Positions 42,133-53,392 of a stretch of 64,000 nt of DNA are shown here, in pieces. The stretch is from assembly GCA_964570935.1 (NCBI GenBank), contig CAZMZP010000063.1, positions 2,603 to 66,602 on the forward strand. Direction: 5' to 3'. Numbering within the stretch: the first letter of the stretch is position 1; each line of letters begins with the position of its first letter. The stretch comes from an uncultured bacterium. GTDB lineage: Bacteria > Eisenbacteria > RBG-16-71-46 > JAFGJU01. The position numbers were made by a program, and so were the translations under genes. Below the pieces are notes generated by a model. That model worked only from the letters and a program-made list of their open reading frames with translations, was not told the origin of the DNA and made no database searches.

Positions 42133-42384
42133 ATGAAGAAGGGCATTCATCCTAAGTACCACGAGACGAAGATAACCTGTGTCTGCGGGAACGTCATAGA
42201 GACACACTCCACGGTGAAAGACATCCACGTGGAAATCTGCTCGAACTGCCACCCGTTCTTCACCGGCAAGCAGAAGCTCATAGACACCGCGGGCCGCGTC
42301 GAGAGGTACAGGAGGAAATACGCCAAGGGCGCGAAGGCGGCCGGAAGCACAAAGCCGGCCGAATCGGGCGAGGCGAAGGCTTGA
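42133..42384 (+). CDS. rpmE: 50S ribosomal protein L31
   Basis: [11 protein letters not shown]...CxC...[10 protein letters not shown] zinc-ribbon form. Confidence 0.9.
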   Translation: MKKGIHPKYHETKITCVCGNVIETHSTVKDIHVEICSNCHPFFTGKQKLIDTAGRVERYRRKYAKGAKAAGSTKPAESGEAKA

Positions 42385-42464
42385 GTGGATCTCTCCACGC
42401 GCGGCGGCCTGCCATTCACCCCCCGCCCTCGGCGGTCTTGAGGGCGTGCGCGGCATTAGGGACC

Positions 42465-43370
42465 ATGGTGTCTGCGGAAAAAATCTCAGTCGGCGGCCAG
42501 GCCGTAATAGAGGGCGTCATGATGCGCTCTCCGAAACTGGTCTCGACGGCGGTGCGCAGACCGGGCGGCGACATCACTGTCCGAACGACCCCCTACGTTT
42601 CCGTCTCGAAGAAGAACAAGGCTCTGGGGCTGCCGGTTTTGAGGGGCGCGGTCATCCTCATCGAGACGCTTTCCCTGGGAATCAGCTCGCTGGCATATTC
42701 CGCCGAGGAGGCGCTCAGGGAAGACGGGGACGAAGCGAAAGGCTCGGCCGACGGGAAAGACAAGAAGAGTCCCCGCGAGGCCATCACCAAGCTCAGTCTC
42801 ACCCTCACCGTGATCGTGGCTCTCGTCCTGGGTTTCGGGCTCTTCTTCTACCTGCCGCTCTTCGTGGCCGAAGCGACCGGGCTTAAGAGCGGTTTCTGGT
42901 TTAACCTGGTTGACGGCGCGGTCCGGCTGACGATCTTCGTCCTCTACGTGTCTCTCATCGCGCTGTGGGGCGAGATGCGGAAGCTCTACCAGTACCACGG
43001 TGCCGAGCACAAATCCATACACGCATTCGAGGCCGGAGAAGACCTGACGCCCGACAATGCCATGAAGCACACGACCCTGCATCCCAGGTGCGGAACGAGC
43101 TTCCTGTTGATGGTTGTGCTCGTGAGTCTCGTCGTGTTCATCGCGCTGGGGAAGCCGGAGAGCTGGGGCGAGCGGGGGATAAGGTTTCTGATGGTGCCGC
43201 TGATTGCGGGAGTGGCGTTTGAGCTCACGAAGCTGTCGGGCAAGTACGCCAGGAGCGCCGTGGGCGCCGCGCTCATCGCCCCGGGGCTGTGGCTCCAGCG
43301 CATCACCACGAGGGAGCCCACAAGGGAGCAGGTCGAGGTGGCGCTGAAGGCGCTGAAGGAAGTGCTGTAG
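42465..43370 (+). CDS. DUF1385 family membrane-associated protein
   Basis: VGGQAVIEGVMMR...YHGAEHK, the DUF1385 pattern, in the typical rpmE-DUF1385-prfA context. Start trimmed to the ATG at 42465. Confidence 0.65.
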   Translation: MVSAEKISVGGQAVIEGVMMRSPKLVSTAVRRPGGDITVRTTPYVSVSKKNKALGLPVLRGAVILIETLSLGISSLAYSAEEALREDGDEAKGSADGKDKKSPREAITKLSLTLTVIVALVLGFGLFFYLPLFVAEATGLKSGFWFNLVDGAVRLTIFVLYVSLIALWGEMRKLYQYHGAEHKSIHAFEAGEDLTPDNAMKHTTLHPRCGTSFLLMVVLVSLVVFIALGKPESWGERGIRFLMVPLIAGVAFELTKLSGKYARSAVGAALIAPGLWLQRITTREPTREQVEVALKALKEVL

Positions 43371-43395
43371 TCGCGCGACCCGCGGGGCAACGACC

Positions 43396-44478
43396 ATGTT
43401 CGAACAAATCCAGAACATAATTTCCAGGTACGACGAGCTCACTCACAAGCTGGGGGACCCGGTGGTCCTGGGCGACCCGCAGAAGCTCAGGGAGATCGCC
43501 AAGGAGCGCGGCGGGTTGCAGCCGATAGTCGAGAAATGGAAGCAGTACAGCTCCGTCGCCCACAGCGTCGCGGAGGACGAGCAGATAATCGAGAGCTCCA
43601 AGGACCAGGAGCTCGTGAGCATGGCCCGGAGCGAGGTCGAGGAGCTGCGCGCGAAACTGAGCGTGCTGGACGGCGAGCTGAAAGAGCTCCTCAGGCCCAA
43701 GGACGCGAACGACGAGCGAAACGTGATAGTCGAGATAAGGGCGGGCACCGGCGGGGAAGAGGCCGCCCTGTTCGCGGCCGACTTGTCGAGAATGTACATG
43801 AAGTACGCCGAGTCCAGGGGCTGGAAGATAGAGCTGATGAATCGAAGCAACAGCGACGCGGGCGGGTTCAAGGAGATCATCTTCCTCGTGGAAGGCAAGG
43901 GCGCTTACAGCTTCCTCCGGTACGAGAGCGGAGTCCACAGAGTGCAGAGGGTTCCCGTCACCGAGGCCAGCGGCAGGATCCACACGTCCGCCGTCACGGT
44001 GGCCATACTGCCCGAGGCGGAAGACGTGGACATCCAGATCGACCCGAAGGACCTCGAGGTGGACGTGTTCCGCTCGTCGGGCCCGGGAGGCCAGAGCGTA
44101 AACACCGCCGATTCCGCGGTCAGGGTGAGGCACATTCCCTCCGGGCTCGTCGTGCAGTGCCAGGACGAGAGGTCACAACTCAAGAATAAGGCCAAGGCGC
44201 TCAAGGTCCTGAAGGCGCGCCTTCTTGCCGCCAAGCAGGAAGAACAGGAAATGAAGATAGCCAGGGAGAGAAAGGCCCAGGTCTCGACCGGAGACAGGAG
44301 CGCCAAAATCCGCACGTACAACTTCCCGCAAGGCCGCGTCACGGACCACAGAATCGGTCTCACCCTGTACCAGCTGGACCAGGTCCTGGACGGTAGAATG
44401 GACGAACTGGTGGAGGCGCTGAGGGCGGCGCGGGACAAACTGGAGATGGGTGCGGCCGCGGGCCCGGGCAAGAACTAG
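43396..44478 (+). CDS. prfA: peptide chain release factor 1
   Basis: PxT-type recognition region and SGPGGQSVN GGQ motif. Confidence 0.95.
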   Translation: MFEQIQNIISRYDELTHKLGDPVVLGDPQKLREIAKERGGLQPIVEKWKQYSSVAHSVAEDEQIIESSKDQELVSMARSEVEELRAKLSVLDGELKELLRPKDANDERNVIVEIRAGTGGEEAALFAADLSRMYMKYAESRGWKIELMNRSNSDAGGFKEIIFLVEGKGAYSFLRYESGVHRVQRVPVTEASGRIHTSAVTVAILPEAEDVDIQIDPKDLEVDVFRSSGPGGQSVNTADSAVRVRHIPSGLVVQCQDERSQLKNKAKALKVLKARLLAAKQEEQEMKIARERKAQVSTGDRSAKIRTYNFPQGRVTDHRIGLTLYQLDQVLDGRMDELVEALRAARDKLEMGAAAGPGKN

Positions 44479-44590
44479 GGTCCGCGCGAGCCGGAAATCC
44501 TCCGCCCGGCCGGGCAAGAGCAAAACCCGCGCACGAACGGAACGCCGGTGAGAAACCCCACGACGCCGCTCGGCCTGAGCGTGAAAGCAG

Positions 44591-45460
44591 GTGCCACCGC
44601 AATTGACAGTGTCGCAGTTCCTCCAGGCCGCTTCGCTGAAACTCCATGAATCCGGCATAGACAACCCCAGAGTCGACGCAGAAGTACTCCTCAGTCTGGC
44701 TCTCGGCATCCGGAGAGACCGGCTGCTGCTTCGTTTTGACGCTCAGCTCGGGCAGGACGAGCTGGACCGGGCGACCGCACTCGTCGAGAAACGGGCCAGA
44801 CGGGTGCCGTTGCAACACATCGTCGGGACTGTCGAGTTCATGGGCACGGAGTTCCTGGTCAGACCGGGAGTGTTCATACCCAGGCCGGAGACCGAGTTCG
44901 TGGTGGTCGAGGCGCTCAGGCTGCTCGAGCACGTCGCGGACCCACTCGTCATCGACCTGTGCGCAGCCAGCGGGGTCATCGGCGTCAGCATCGCTGTCGG
45001 GAAGCCCTCTGCGGTCGTACACGTTGCGGACATATCGGAACCGGCAATCGAGCTCGCGACGGCGAACGCGGCCGGCCACGGCGTACAGGAACGGGTGTTC
45101 CTCCATCTTGGCGACCTGTTTGCGGCCGACGGACTCGACCGGCTCGCGCGCAAGGCAGACTTGATCACGGCAAACCCGCCCTACATTCCCTCTTCGGAGA
45201 TTCCTAACCTGGAGCCCGAGGTGAGCGAGCACGAGCCCATCCTGGCCCTCGACGGCGGAAGCGACGGGCTTGTCCTGCTGCGGCGCATCCTGAAGGAAGG
45301 GCCGCCATTCCTGAAAACGGGGGGTTGGTTTGTTGTCGAGATTGGCGCCGGTCAGGCCCAGCCCGCAATCGAGGCGGCCGGGTCCGCGCGGCTGACGGAG
45401 GTCCGTACCGTGCGCGACCTCGCCGGCATAGAACGGGTGCTCGTGGCCCGAAAACCCTAG
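44591..45460 (+). CDS. prmC: release-factor glutamine N5-methyltransferase
   Basis: Transcribed after prfA. PLQHIVGTVEFMG, SAM-binding DLCAASG, and NPPY catalytic motif. Confidence 0.85.
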   Translation: MPPQLTVSQFLQAASLKLHESGIDNPRVDAEVLLSLALGIRRDRLLLRFDAQLGQDELDRATALVEKRARRVPLQHIVGTVEFMGTEFLVRPGVFIPRPETEFVVVEALRLLEHVADPLVIDLCAASGVIGVSIAVGKPSAVVHVADISEPAIELATANAAGHGVQERVFLHLGDLFAADGLDRLARKADLITANPPYIPSSEIPNLEPEVSEHEPILALDGGSDGLVLLRRILKEGPPFLKTGGWFVVEIGAGQAQPAIEAAGSARLTEVRTVRDLAGIERVLVARKP

Positions 45461-45506
45461 GCCCGACGCCGTCCGGCCCCTGAGCCGACGTGCCAGTCTC
45501 GCGCCT

Positions 45507-45534
45507 TTCACCTGCGCTCCCAGTCGTGTATAAT
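45507..45534 (+). promoter_or_regulatory. sigma70 promoter with extended -10, TTCACC-N16-TGTATAAT
   Basis: Perfect TATAAT with upstream TG, 44 nt before the ATG at 45578. Confidence 0.5.
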
Positions 45535-45577
45535 CCGGCCGGACAAGCAGACATCCGACCCGGTACCGAGGCACGTA

Positions 45578-45811
45578 ATGAGTCTGAATCGCCGACGCGC
45601 AGACAAGACTGAAAGCCCGAAGCGCTGCGACGCAGCAGACCCGGGTCTTCCGCCCGAGCCGTCGTACAGTGAGGACGGCGTGGATTTGACTGTCATCCGC
45701 TGGATGCTCTCGATGACACCCAGAGAACGCCTGCAGACGCTTCAAAATCACGTCAGAGCCATACTGAGGATTCGCGGGTTGAACTCGCCGAGGCCGCCAT
45801 GCAGAAAATAG
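45578..45811 (+). CDS. small hypothetical protein (77 aa) overlapping the murA start
   Basis: ATG with GAGG 7 nt upstream, directly behind the extended -10 promoter. The protein is Arg-rich, with a hydrophobic helix [20 protein letters not shown]. No recognised family. Confidence 0.3.
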   Translation: MSLNRRRADKTESPKRCDAADPGLPPEPSYSEDGVDLTVIRWMLSMTPRERLQTLQNHVRAILRIRGLNSPRPPCRK

Positions 45812-47052
45812 TGATTGTCGGGGGAAACAGGCTGACCGGCAGGGTCGAGATCGCCGGGGCGAAGAACGCCACGCTGCCCGTGATGGCGGCCACAATCCTG
45901 GCTCCTGGCACGAGTGTTATCACCAACGTGCCGCGCCTCAGGGACGTCATCACGATGAGGCAGATGCTCGAAACGCTGGGCGCCAAGGTGTCCTTCGAGC
46001 AGGGCGTCCTGACGATTGACACGAGCGGGTGCGGCCCGCACGAGGCGCCGTACGAGCTCGTCAAGACCATGCGCGCTTCGGTCTACGTACTCGGCCCGCT
46101 GCTGGCCCGTTTCAAACGCGCGAGAGTCTCTCTGCCGGGAGGTTGCGCTTGGGGACCGCGGCCTGTCGACCTGCACATAAAGGCCATGGAGGCGCTCGGG
46201 GCGCGCGTCAACATAGACCACGGGTACATCGTGGCGGAGACGGATGAGCTCAAAGGCGCCAACGTGCACTTCGACATCTCGAGCGTCGGAGCCACCGGCA
46301 ACGCAATGATGGCGGCGTGCCTGGCCAGGGGTAAGACGGTGCTGAGCAACGCCGCGTGCGAACCCGAGATAGACGCGCTCGCCCTGTTCCTGAACAAGAT
46401 GGGAGCCAGGATCTCGGGCGTGGGCACGCAGGTCGTTGAGATCGAGGGCGTGGAGTCGCTGCGGCCGACCGAGGTCGCGGTGATTCCGGACAGAATCGAA
46501 GCCGGCACGTTCATGGCGGCCGCCGCGATCACGAGGGGCACGGTCAGAATCGCGAACTGCAGCCCGCCGCACTTGACGTCGGTGATTTCCAAGCTGAGCG
46601 AGGCGGGCGCGCACATAATGCAGGAGGGCTCTGAGCTGGTGGTGTCCGCCGTGGGGAGGCCGGGGGCGGTCAACGTGACCACCGCCCCGTATCCGGGGTT
46701 TCCGACTGACATGCAGGCGCAGATGATGGCCCTGATGTGCACGGCTCAGGGGACGAGTCTTTTCGTCGAGAACATTTACAGCGACCGGTTCACTCACGTG
46801 CCGGAACTGCGGAGGATGAACGCCGACATCAACGTCGAAGGGAATGTGGCCACGGTCAAGGGCCTGGAACGGTTGGGAGGGGCGCAGGTCATGGCCACCG
46901 ACCTGCGGGCCAGCGCGGCCCTGATTCTGGCCGGGCTCGTGGCCGACGGGATGACTGAGGTGTCGCGGATATACCACATAGACCGCGGATACGAGTCCAT
47001 CGAGAAGAAGCTGTCTGCGCTGGGCGCGGAAATCTGGCGTGAGGAGGAGTAG
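45799..47052 (+). CDS. murA: UDP-N-acetylglucosamine 1-carboxyvinyltransferase
   Basis: [27 protein letters not shown] start, active-site Cys region, 417 aa. Confidence 0.95.
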   Translation: MQKIVIVGGNRLTGRVEIAGAKNATLPVMAATILAPGTSVITNVPRLRDVITMRQMLETLGAKVSFEQGVLTIDTSGCGPHEAPYELVKTMRASVYVLGPLLARFKRARVSLPGGCAWGPRPVDLHIKAMEALGARVNIDHGYIVAETDELKGANVHFDISSVGATGNAMMAACLARGKTVLSNAACEPEIDALALFLNKMGARISGVGTQVVEIEGVESLRPTEVAVIPDRIEAGTFMAAAAITRGTVRIANCSPPHLTSVISKLSEAGAHIMQEGSELVVSAVGRPGAVNVTTAPYPGFPTDMQAQMMALMCTAQGTSLFVENIYSDRFTHVPELRRMNADINVEGNVATVKGLERLGGAQVMATDLRASAALILAGLVADGMTEVSRIYHIDRGYESIEKKLSALGAEIWREEE

Positions 47053-47059
47053 CTCCTTT

Positions 47060-48958
47060 ATGCCGGCCAAAGGCGTCGTCATAGGCACAGCGGGGCACAT
47101 AGACCACGGGAAGACTGCTCTAGTCAAACTGCTCACCGGAATCGACACCGATCGCCTCAAGGAAGAAAAAGAACGAGGCATCTCCATTGACCTCGGGTTT
47201 GCCCATCTTACGCTGCCGTCGGGCGAAAGAGCGGGTATCGTCGACGTGCCCGGTCACGAGCGCTTCGTCAGGAACATGCTTGCCGGCGCGTGCGGAATCG
47301 ACCTCGTGCTGTTTGTCATCGCCGCCGACGAGGGTGTCATGCCTCAGACCACGGAACACTTGAACATCGTAAACATGCTTCGCGTGCACGGAGGTGTAGT
47401 GGCGCTGACAAAGACGGACCTCGTGGACGCGGCCTGGTTGGACATGGTGCGGGTGGACGTGGCCGCGGCCCTCGAGGGCACGGTCCTGGAGGGCGCCCCG
47501 ATGATACCCGTTTCCGCGGTGTCGGGTCATGGTAAGGAGGCGCTGCTGGCCGCGCTGGATGAGGTCGTGGCCAAGATCCCGGAACGGACCCGAGCGGAGT
47601 TCGCGCGGCTTCCCGTCGACCGGGTGTTCACGGTCGAGGGCTTCGGCACGGTAGTTACCGGCACGCTGTGGAGCGGCAGAGTCAAGGTTGGCGACAACCT
47701 CGTGGTCCTGCCTCAGGGCAAGAGTGTCAGGGTCAGGAACGTTCAAGTGTTCGGCAAGGACGTGAGTGAGGCGGTGCCGGGAGAGCGGGTCGCGCTCGCA
47801 GTGCACGGAGTGTCCCGCGATGACGTCGGACGAGGCGACTGGCTTCTCTCCCCTGACGCGGCCAGGCCGAGCTCGATGGTGGACGCCAGGCTCGAGCTGC
47901 TTCCGGGTGCCCCTCGTTTTCTCAAGACGCGCGCCAGAATCCGATTCCATCTTGGCGCTAGTGAGGCCATAGGCAGAGTCCATCTGCTCGACGGGGAGCA
48001 GCTCAAGCCAGGAGAGAGCGCTCTGGTGCAGTTGAGGCTGGAATCCCCAACGGTGGCGCTCCAGGGCGACAGGTTTGTCGTACGCTCGTACTCGCCCCAG
48101 ATGACAATCGGCGGTGGCAGCGTGCTGGTGGCCCACGCCGCCAAGCACAGGAAGAAGGACACCGACGTCGTCCAGACGCTGAACCTAGTGGAGAAGGGCT
48201 CCCCCAGCGAGAGGATTGCTCAGGCCGTGCGCGCGGCCGGCGGGAAGGGACTCGTGGCCTCCGAAGTCGCGCGCGCGGCCGGTGTGTCCGCCCCGGAAGC
48301 GACGGAGGCGGTCAAAGCGCTGCTCGATGAGGGGACCGTCGTTCGCGTGGGCAACGCTCTGCTTCACTCTGAGCATCTGAAGAAGGTGGCCGACGACCTG
48401 GCGCGGTCGCTGGCTGACTATCAAGCCAGATACCAGCTCAGGTGGGGGATGACTAAAGGCGAGCTCAGGAACAGGTTCTCGGGCACGCCGCAGGATGTGT
48501 TCGCCGCGGCCTCGGACTCTCTCACGAGGGCCGGACGCCTCTTCGCCAGGGAAGACCGATTGAGAATCGACTCGCCCGACATCTTACTCTCTCCCGAGGA
48601 GAGAAAGCTCAAAGAACGGGTCGAGGCTGGTCTGCTGAATGCCGGGCTTAACGTTCCGTACGTCAAGGAGCTTGCGCCGGGAACTCTCGAGGACAAGGTG
48701 AACGACGTGGTTCAGATGCTGGTGGAAGACGGCAAGGTCGTGAAGATAACGACGGACCTGTTCTTCCACGCCGACACACTGCGCGAGGCCGAATCCCTTG
48801 TGCGAAAGATGCTGTCCAAGAACGGCAAGTTCCAGGTGAGCGAGTTCAAGGATGCCGCGAAGACCTCCCGGAAGTACGCAGTGCCGCTTCTCGAGTACTT
48901 CGACCGGAAGGGAGTGACACGAAGACAGGGAGACGTGCGCGTGTCCGGAGGGAAATAG
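47060..48958 (+). CDS. selB: selenocysteine-specific translation elongation factor
   Basis: GTPase core [21 protein letters not shown]...DVPGHERF...NMLAG, a SelB-type G1-G3 loop lacking the EF-Tu aa-tRNA contacts. Long C-terminal winged-helix extension (639 aa). RBS GAGGAGGAG. Confidence 0.8.
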   Translation: MPAKGVVIGTAGHIDHGKTALVKLLTGIDTDRLKEEKERGISIDLGFAHLTLPSGERAGIVDVPGHERFVRNMLAGACGIDLVLFVIAADEGVMPQTTEHLNIVNMLRVHGGVVALTKTDLVDAAWLDMVRVDVAAALEGTVLEGAPMIPVSAVSGHGKEALLAALDEVVAKIPERTRAEFARLPVDRVFTVEGFGTVVTGTLWSGRVKVGDNLVVLPQGKSVRVRNVQVFGKDVSEAVPGERVALAVHGVSRDDVGRGDWLLSPDAARPSSMVDARLELLPGAPRFLKTRARIRFHLGASEAIGRVHLLDGEQLKPGESALVQLRLESPTVALQGDRFVVRSYSPQMTIGGGSVLVAHAAKHRKKDTDVVQTLNLVEKGSPSERIAQAVRAAGGKGLVASEVARAAGVSAPEATEAVKALLDEGTVVRVGNALLHSEHLKKVADDLARSLADYQARYQLRWGMTKGELRNRFSGTPQDVFAAASDSLTRAGRLFAREDRLRIDSPDILLSPEERKLKERVEAGLLNAGLNVPYVKELAPGTLEDKVNDVVQMLVEDGKVVKITTDLFFHADTLREAESLVRKMLSKNGKFQVSEFKDAAKTSRKYAVPLLEYFDRKGVTRRQGDVRVSGGK

Positions 48959-48969
48959 AGGGCGCCACA

Positions 48970-50073
48970 ATGAACATACTAACCGAGCTTCCTTGGAAGC
49001 GCAGGAAGACGAACAAGGTCAGAATAGGCCCGTTCGAAATAGGCGGCGGTGCGCCGGTTGCAGTCGAGTCCATGACCAAGACGGACACTCGCGACGCGGC
49101 GGCGACCGTGAGGCAAATACGCGGCCTGGAGCGCGCAGGATGCGAGCTGGTGCGCGTGGCCGTACCAGACATTGCGGCGGCGAAGGTTCTTGGCAAGATC
49201 GCATCGCGAGTCAGAATCCCGGTGGTGGCCGACATTCACTTCGACCACCGGCTGGCGTTGATCGCGCTGGAGGAAGGGCTTCCGGGTATACGCCTCAACC
49301 CCGGGAACGTCAGGAATCCCAAGAAGGTCGAAGAAGTGGTGCGCGCCGCCGAAGAAAGGCGCGCGTGCATCAGGATAGGCGTGAACGCCGGGTCGGTCGC
49401 GCCCGACCTTCTGGCCAAACACGGGCCCGATGGACTCGACCGCGCCATGGTCGAGAGCGCGATGGGTCACGTCGCGATTCTGGAATCACTCGGTTTCCGG
49501 AGGATCGTGGTCTCGGTTAAGTCGTCCGAGATACCGGCCACCGTGCGCGCGTACAGAGAGCTCTCGCGCCGAGTGCGCTACCCGCTCCATATCGGAATGA
49601 CCGAGGCTGGCACACTGCTCAGCGGTTCTGTTGTGTCCGCAGCCGGGATAGGCATCCTCTTGTCCGAGGGAATCGGCGACACCGTTAGAGTGTCGCTGGC
49701 CGCGAATCCCGTCAGGGAGGTCGAGGTTGCCTACCGGATACTGGACGCGCTCGGCGTCAGGCAGGCAGGCCCGAGGGTGATATGCTGCCCCACCTGCGGC
49801 AGATGCGAAATAGACGTGGCGCGGATTGCGCGACAGGTGGAGGCACGCCTCGCGGCCCTGCAGCGAAGATCCTCGCTCAGGATCCCGCTTCGCATCGCCG
49901 TCATGGGTTGCGGAGTGAACGGTCCGGGTGAAGCCAGGCACGCGGACGTCGGAATCGCCGGAGGAAAAGGCGAGGGGCTCCTGTTCATAAAGGGGAAGGT
50001 GGTCGGAAAGGTCACAGAGCGCGCCCTCGTGCGCGAGCTCATCCGTGCCGTCGAGCGCCTCGGCAACACATAA
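48970..50073 (+). CDS. ispG: 4-hydroxy-3-methylbut-2-en-1-yl diphosphate synthase (IspG/GcpE)
   Basis: RRKTNKVRIGPFEIGGGAPVAVESMTKTDT, and a CPTCGRC [4Fe-4S] motif near the C-terminus. Confidence 0.9.
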   Translation: MNILTELPWKRRKTNKVRIGPFEIGGGAPVAVESMTKTDTRDAAATVRQIRGLERAGCELVRVAVPDIAAAKVLGKIASRVRIPVVADIHFDHRLALIALEEGLPGIRLNPGNVRNPKKVEEVVRAAEERRACIRIGVNAGSVAPDLLAKHGPDGLDRAMVESAMGHVAILESLGFRRIVVSVKSSEIPATVRAYRELSRRVRYPLHIGMTEAGTLLSGSVVSAAGIGILLSEGIGDTVRVSLAANPVREVEVAYRILDALGVRQAGPRVICCPTCGRCEIDVARIARQVEARLAALQRRSSLRIPLRIAVMGCGVNGPGEARHADVGIAGGKGEGLLFIKGKVVGKVTERALVRELIRAVERLGNT

Positions 50074-50292
50074 CTGCAATGGTTACAGATTTACAGCTGC
50101 GCTCCATTGTGTTATGATTACGCAAGTTGGTGCGTCTCTTGGCGCAAACCGGTGTGGAGCAGCTGTGTCACCTCTCAACGTTCGTTCCAACTCTCTTTGT
50201 GTCTCCCCCCTCATCTTCCCCTTCGAACCGTCCGTCCGCGACATGCAAGTGTCCAGAGTGACTGCTCATCGCGCACTCGAGGAGGTTCTGCC

Positions 50293-53200
50293 ATGGGTTG
50301 GAGTGTTCTGAGCATGAGTCTGTTCAGATGTCTGTGCCTCTTCTGCGGCCTTCTTGCCCTCTGCGGTTCGTTGCTCCTGGCGGCGCCCGCAGCCGCGGCG
50401 TGGCTTCCTGACGGGACGCCGATGTGCGTTCTGGCGGGCGACCAGTCAGGCACCCGAATCATCAGCGACGGCAGTCAGGGCGCGATCGTTGTTTGGATTG
50501 ACTACCGGCATGGCAACGCCGACATCTACGCGCAGCGGGTGGACGGCAACGGCAACCCGATCTGGACACCCGAGGGTGTGCCCATCTGCACTGCCGCTGG
50601 TTCGACGTCCAGTCCCATAATCGCATCGGACGAGGCCGGCGGTGCAGTCATAGCCTGGGACGACTACCGCAACGGCAATCACGACATCTACGCACAGAGA
50701 ATAACTGCTGACGGACAGGTGCTCTGGGCAGAAAACGGAATAGCCGTCTGCACTGCCGCGGGCTACCAGTTTGCGACCTCGATAATATCGGCTGGCGGCG
50801 GAGGAGTCATCGTCGCGTGGGAGGACAGCCGCGGTGGAGCGTACTACGACATCTATGCGCAGCGGATCAACGGCGCAAATGGAGCTTCCCTCTGGGCGGC
50901 CGACGGCAGGCAGATCTGCGGGGCGGCAAACAGCCAGTACTCACCGCAGGCCGTCTCCGACGGAGCTTTAGGCGCCATCATCACCTGGTACGACTTCCGC
51001 AACGGCAACTACGACGTGTACGCGCAGCGTGTGAACCTCGCGGGCACGCCGCAATGGACGAATGACGGGGTCGTGGTCAGCGCGGAGTCGAACCACCAGT
51101 CGGGTCCGATGGTTGCGACGGACGGCGCCGGCGGAGCCATCATCGTCTGGGAGGACTACCGCAGCGGAAGCAACTGGGACATCTATGCGCAACGACTGAC
51201 TTCAGCGGGGACGGCGTCGTGGACTGCCGGGGGTGTGCAGGTTTGCAGCGCGGCCGGCAATCAGAACGAATCCCAGATCCTCTCTGACGCTTCGGGCAGC
51301 GCAATCATTGCCTGGACGGACTATCGGGGCGCAAACTCGGACATTTACAGCCAGCGTGTGAACTCGGCGGGCACGGTTCAGTGGACCGCCAACGGCGTGG
51401 TGGTCTGTGGAGCGATAGACAGCCAGGCCAGGCCGGAGCTCGCGTCGGACGGGAGCGGAGGAGCGATAATCACCTGGGACGACAGTCGACCTGGTGACAA
51501 TTCCGACATCTATGCTCAGAAAGTCATCTCCAACGGAGCCATGTCGTGGGTCCAGAACGGCATTGCCATCTGCAGTGCGCGTGACTACCAGTGGTATCCG
51601 GCCATTGTGTTTGACGGCTTCGGTGGTGCAATTATCGCCTGGGAGGATTATCGCAGCGGAACGTCCACGGACGTTTTCGCGGGCCACGTGGACGGCGATG
51701 GGAACGCGGGGTGGACGAGCTGCGGCGTGCCGATAGCAGTGGCGCAAAATAACCAGGGAACCATCGCCGCGATATCGGATGCCGGCCAAGGCGCCATAAT
51801 TGTCTGGGAGGACTATCGCGCTGGCAACACCAACCCGGGCATTTACGCTCAACGTGTCTTCTCAGACGGCTACAGACTGTGGTCAAAGAACGGAGTCGCC
51901 GTTTCCACGGCCGCATCCTACCAGACGTATCCGTCTGCTGCTCCTGACGGTAGCGGCGGGCTGCTCGCTGCATGGCAGGACTTGCGGAACGGCAATTACG
52001 ACGTCTATGCCCAGCGAGTCAGTCCAATCCAGGCCATGCTGTGGAGGCCTGACGGCGCAGTAGTGTGCTCCACGACCGCCGGAACCTACTTCCCGCAGAT
52101 AGCCCCGGACGGTTCAGGCGGTGCAATAGTGGTCTGGGAGAATCTGGTCCCTGCCGGTACCAGCGACATCTACGCGCAACGTCTGAACTCGAGCGGAAGC
52201 CAGACGTGGGCGGCGGCGGGCGTGTCCGTTTGCAGTGCCGCGAACCACCAGCAGGAGCCGCAGATAATCAGTGACGGGGCGTCCGGCGGTATCGTGGCGT
52301 GGACCGACTTGCGGGGCGCGACAGTCGACGTCTACGCACAGCGCGTCGACGCGAACGGGACTCCGCTATGGACGCCGAACGGTGTGGTCGTCAGCGGTGC
52401 GGCCAGCGCGCAGAATTACCCAAGAGTGGTTCCTGACGGTGCCGGCGGAGCCGTCATCTGCTGGAAGGACAGCCGAAGCGGCAACTATGACATCTACGCC
52501 CAGCGGCTGAACTCCGTCGGGGCCGCGCAGTGGACAGCAAACGGCGTTGTTGTCTGCGCAGAGGCCGGGCAGCAGCAGCTTCCAGCACTTCTGTCCGATG
52601 GCGCCGGCGGCGTGATAGTCTGTTGGGAAGATTACCGGAGCGGATCCGCAGACATATACGCACAGAGACTGAACTCGAGCGGCCAGGCGCAGTGGGCTGG
52701 CGGTGGCCGGATCGTGTGCGCTGCCGCGGACGCTCAAAGCGGGCCAAGCATTGTGACGGACGGAAACAGTGGTGCGATCATCTCCTGGCAGGATCGTCGC
52801 GGAGGGGTGACGTCAGACGTCTACGCGCAGCGGCTGGAGCCGGACGGCGACGTCATGTGGGGAACTGATGGTGTCGCCATCTGCGCGAGCGACCTTGACG
52901 ACACGAGACCGGCGGTCGTTCCGAGTATGCCGGGGCAGGCAATCGTCGCGTGGACCTCTTACAGCACCACGACTGCCAATGACGTCTACGCTCTGTCGAC
53001 GGACTACATTATAGCGGTGCACGAAGATCTCGTGCCGCCGCCGGTTGGTGCGCGATTGGCCGAGCTGGACCAGAACTTCCCCAACCCGTTCAACCCGGTG
53101 ACGAAGATTGCGTTCACATTGAGAGAGGCAACGTGCGCGCGGTTGTGCGTGTATGACATCGCCGGCAGAGTCGTGCGAGTGCTTGAAGAGGGCGTTCGCG

Positions 53201-53340
53201 AGGCCGGCAGGCACGAGGTCGTTTGGGACGGCAGGGACAGCTCGGGCACCGTGGTCGCGAGCGGGGTGTATTTCTACGGATTGGAGCTGCCGGGACTCGC
53301 CGGCATCGTCGAGTCGAAGAAGATGGTGATTGTCAGATAG
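50293..53340 (+). CDS. very large secreted tandem-repeat protein (about 17 x 52-aa units) with a T9SS-type C-terminal sorting domain
   Basis: ATG after GGAGG. Signal peptide LFRCLCLFCGLLALCGSLLLAAPAAAA. Repeat unit roughly AGxQxxPxIxSDGxGGAIIxWxDxRxGNxDIYAQRxNxxGxxxWTxNGVxVC. C-terminus FPNPFNPVTKIAFTL...CVYDIAGRVVRVL...GVYFYGLEL...KKMVIVR matches Por_Secre_tail / FlgD-Ig-like CTDs. Confidence 0.75.
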   Translation: MGWSVLSMSLFRCLCLFCGLLALCGSLLLAAPAAAAWLPDGTPMCVLAGDQSGTRIISDGSQGAIVVWIDYRHGNADIYAQRVDGNGNPIWTPEGVPICTAAGSTSSPIIASDEAGGAVIAWDDYRNGNHDIYAQRITADGQVLWAENGIAVCTAAGYQFATSIISAGGGGVIVAWEDSRGGAYYDIYAQRINGANGASLWAADGRQICGAANSQYSPQAVSDGALGAIITWYDFRNGNYDVYAQRVNLAGTPQWTNDGVVVSAESNHQSGPMVATDGAGGAIIVWEDYRSGSNWDIYAQRLTSAGTASWTAGGVQVCSAAGNQNESQILSDASGSAIIAWTDYRGANSDIYSQRVNSAGTVQWTANGVVVCGAIDSQARPELASDGSGGAIITWDDSRPGDNSDIYAQKVISNGAMSWVQNGIAICSARDYQWYPAIVFDGFGGAIIAWEDYRSGTSTDVFAGHVDGDGNAGWTSCGVPIAVAQNNQGTIAAISDAGQGAIIVWEDYRAGNTNPGIYAQRVFSDGYRLWSKNGVAVSTAASYQTYPSAAPDGSGGLLAAWQDLRNGNYDVYAQRVSPIQAMLWRPDGAVVCSTTAGTYFPQIAPDGSGGAIVVWENLVPAGTSDIYAQRLNSSGSQTWAAAGVSVCSAANHQQEPQIISDGASGGIVAWTDLRGATVDVYAQRVDANGTPLWTPNGVVVSGAASAQNYPRVVPDGAGGAVICWKDSRSGNYDIYAQRLNSVGAAQWTANGVVVCAEAGQQQLPALLSDGAGGVIVCWEDYRSGSADIYAQRLNSSGQAQWAGGGRIVCAAADAQSGPSIVTDGNSGAIISWQDRRGGVTSDVYAQRLEPDGDVMWGTDGVAICASDLDDTRPAVVPSMPGQAIVAWTSYSTTTANDVYALSTDYIIAVHEDLVPPPVGARLAELDQNFPNPFNPVTKIAFTLREATCARLCVYDIAGRVVRVLEEGVREAGRHEVVWDGRDSSGTVVASGVYFYGLELPGLAGIVESKKMVIVR

Positions 53341-53392
53341 ACGCGTGGTCCGTACGGGGGACTGCAGGTCCAAGAATCTGTGGGGGTGCGAC

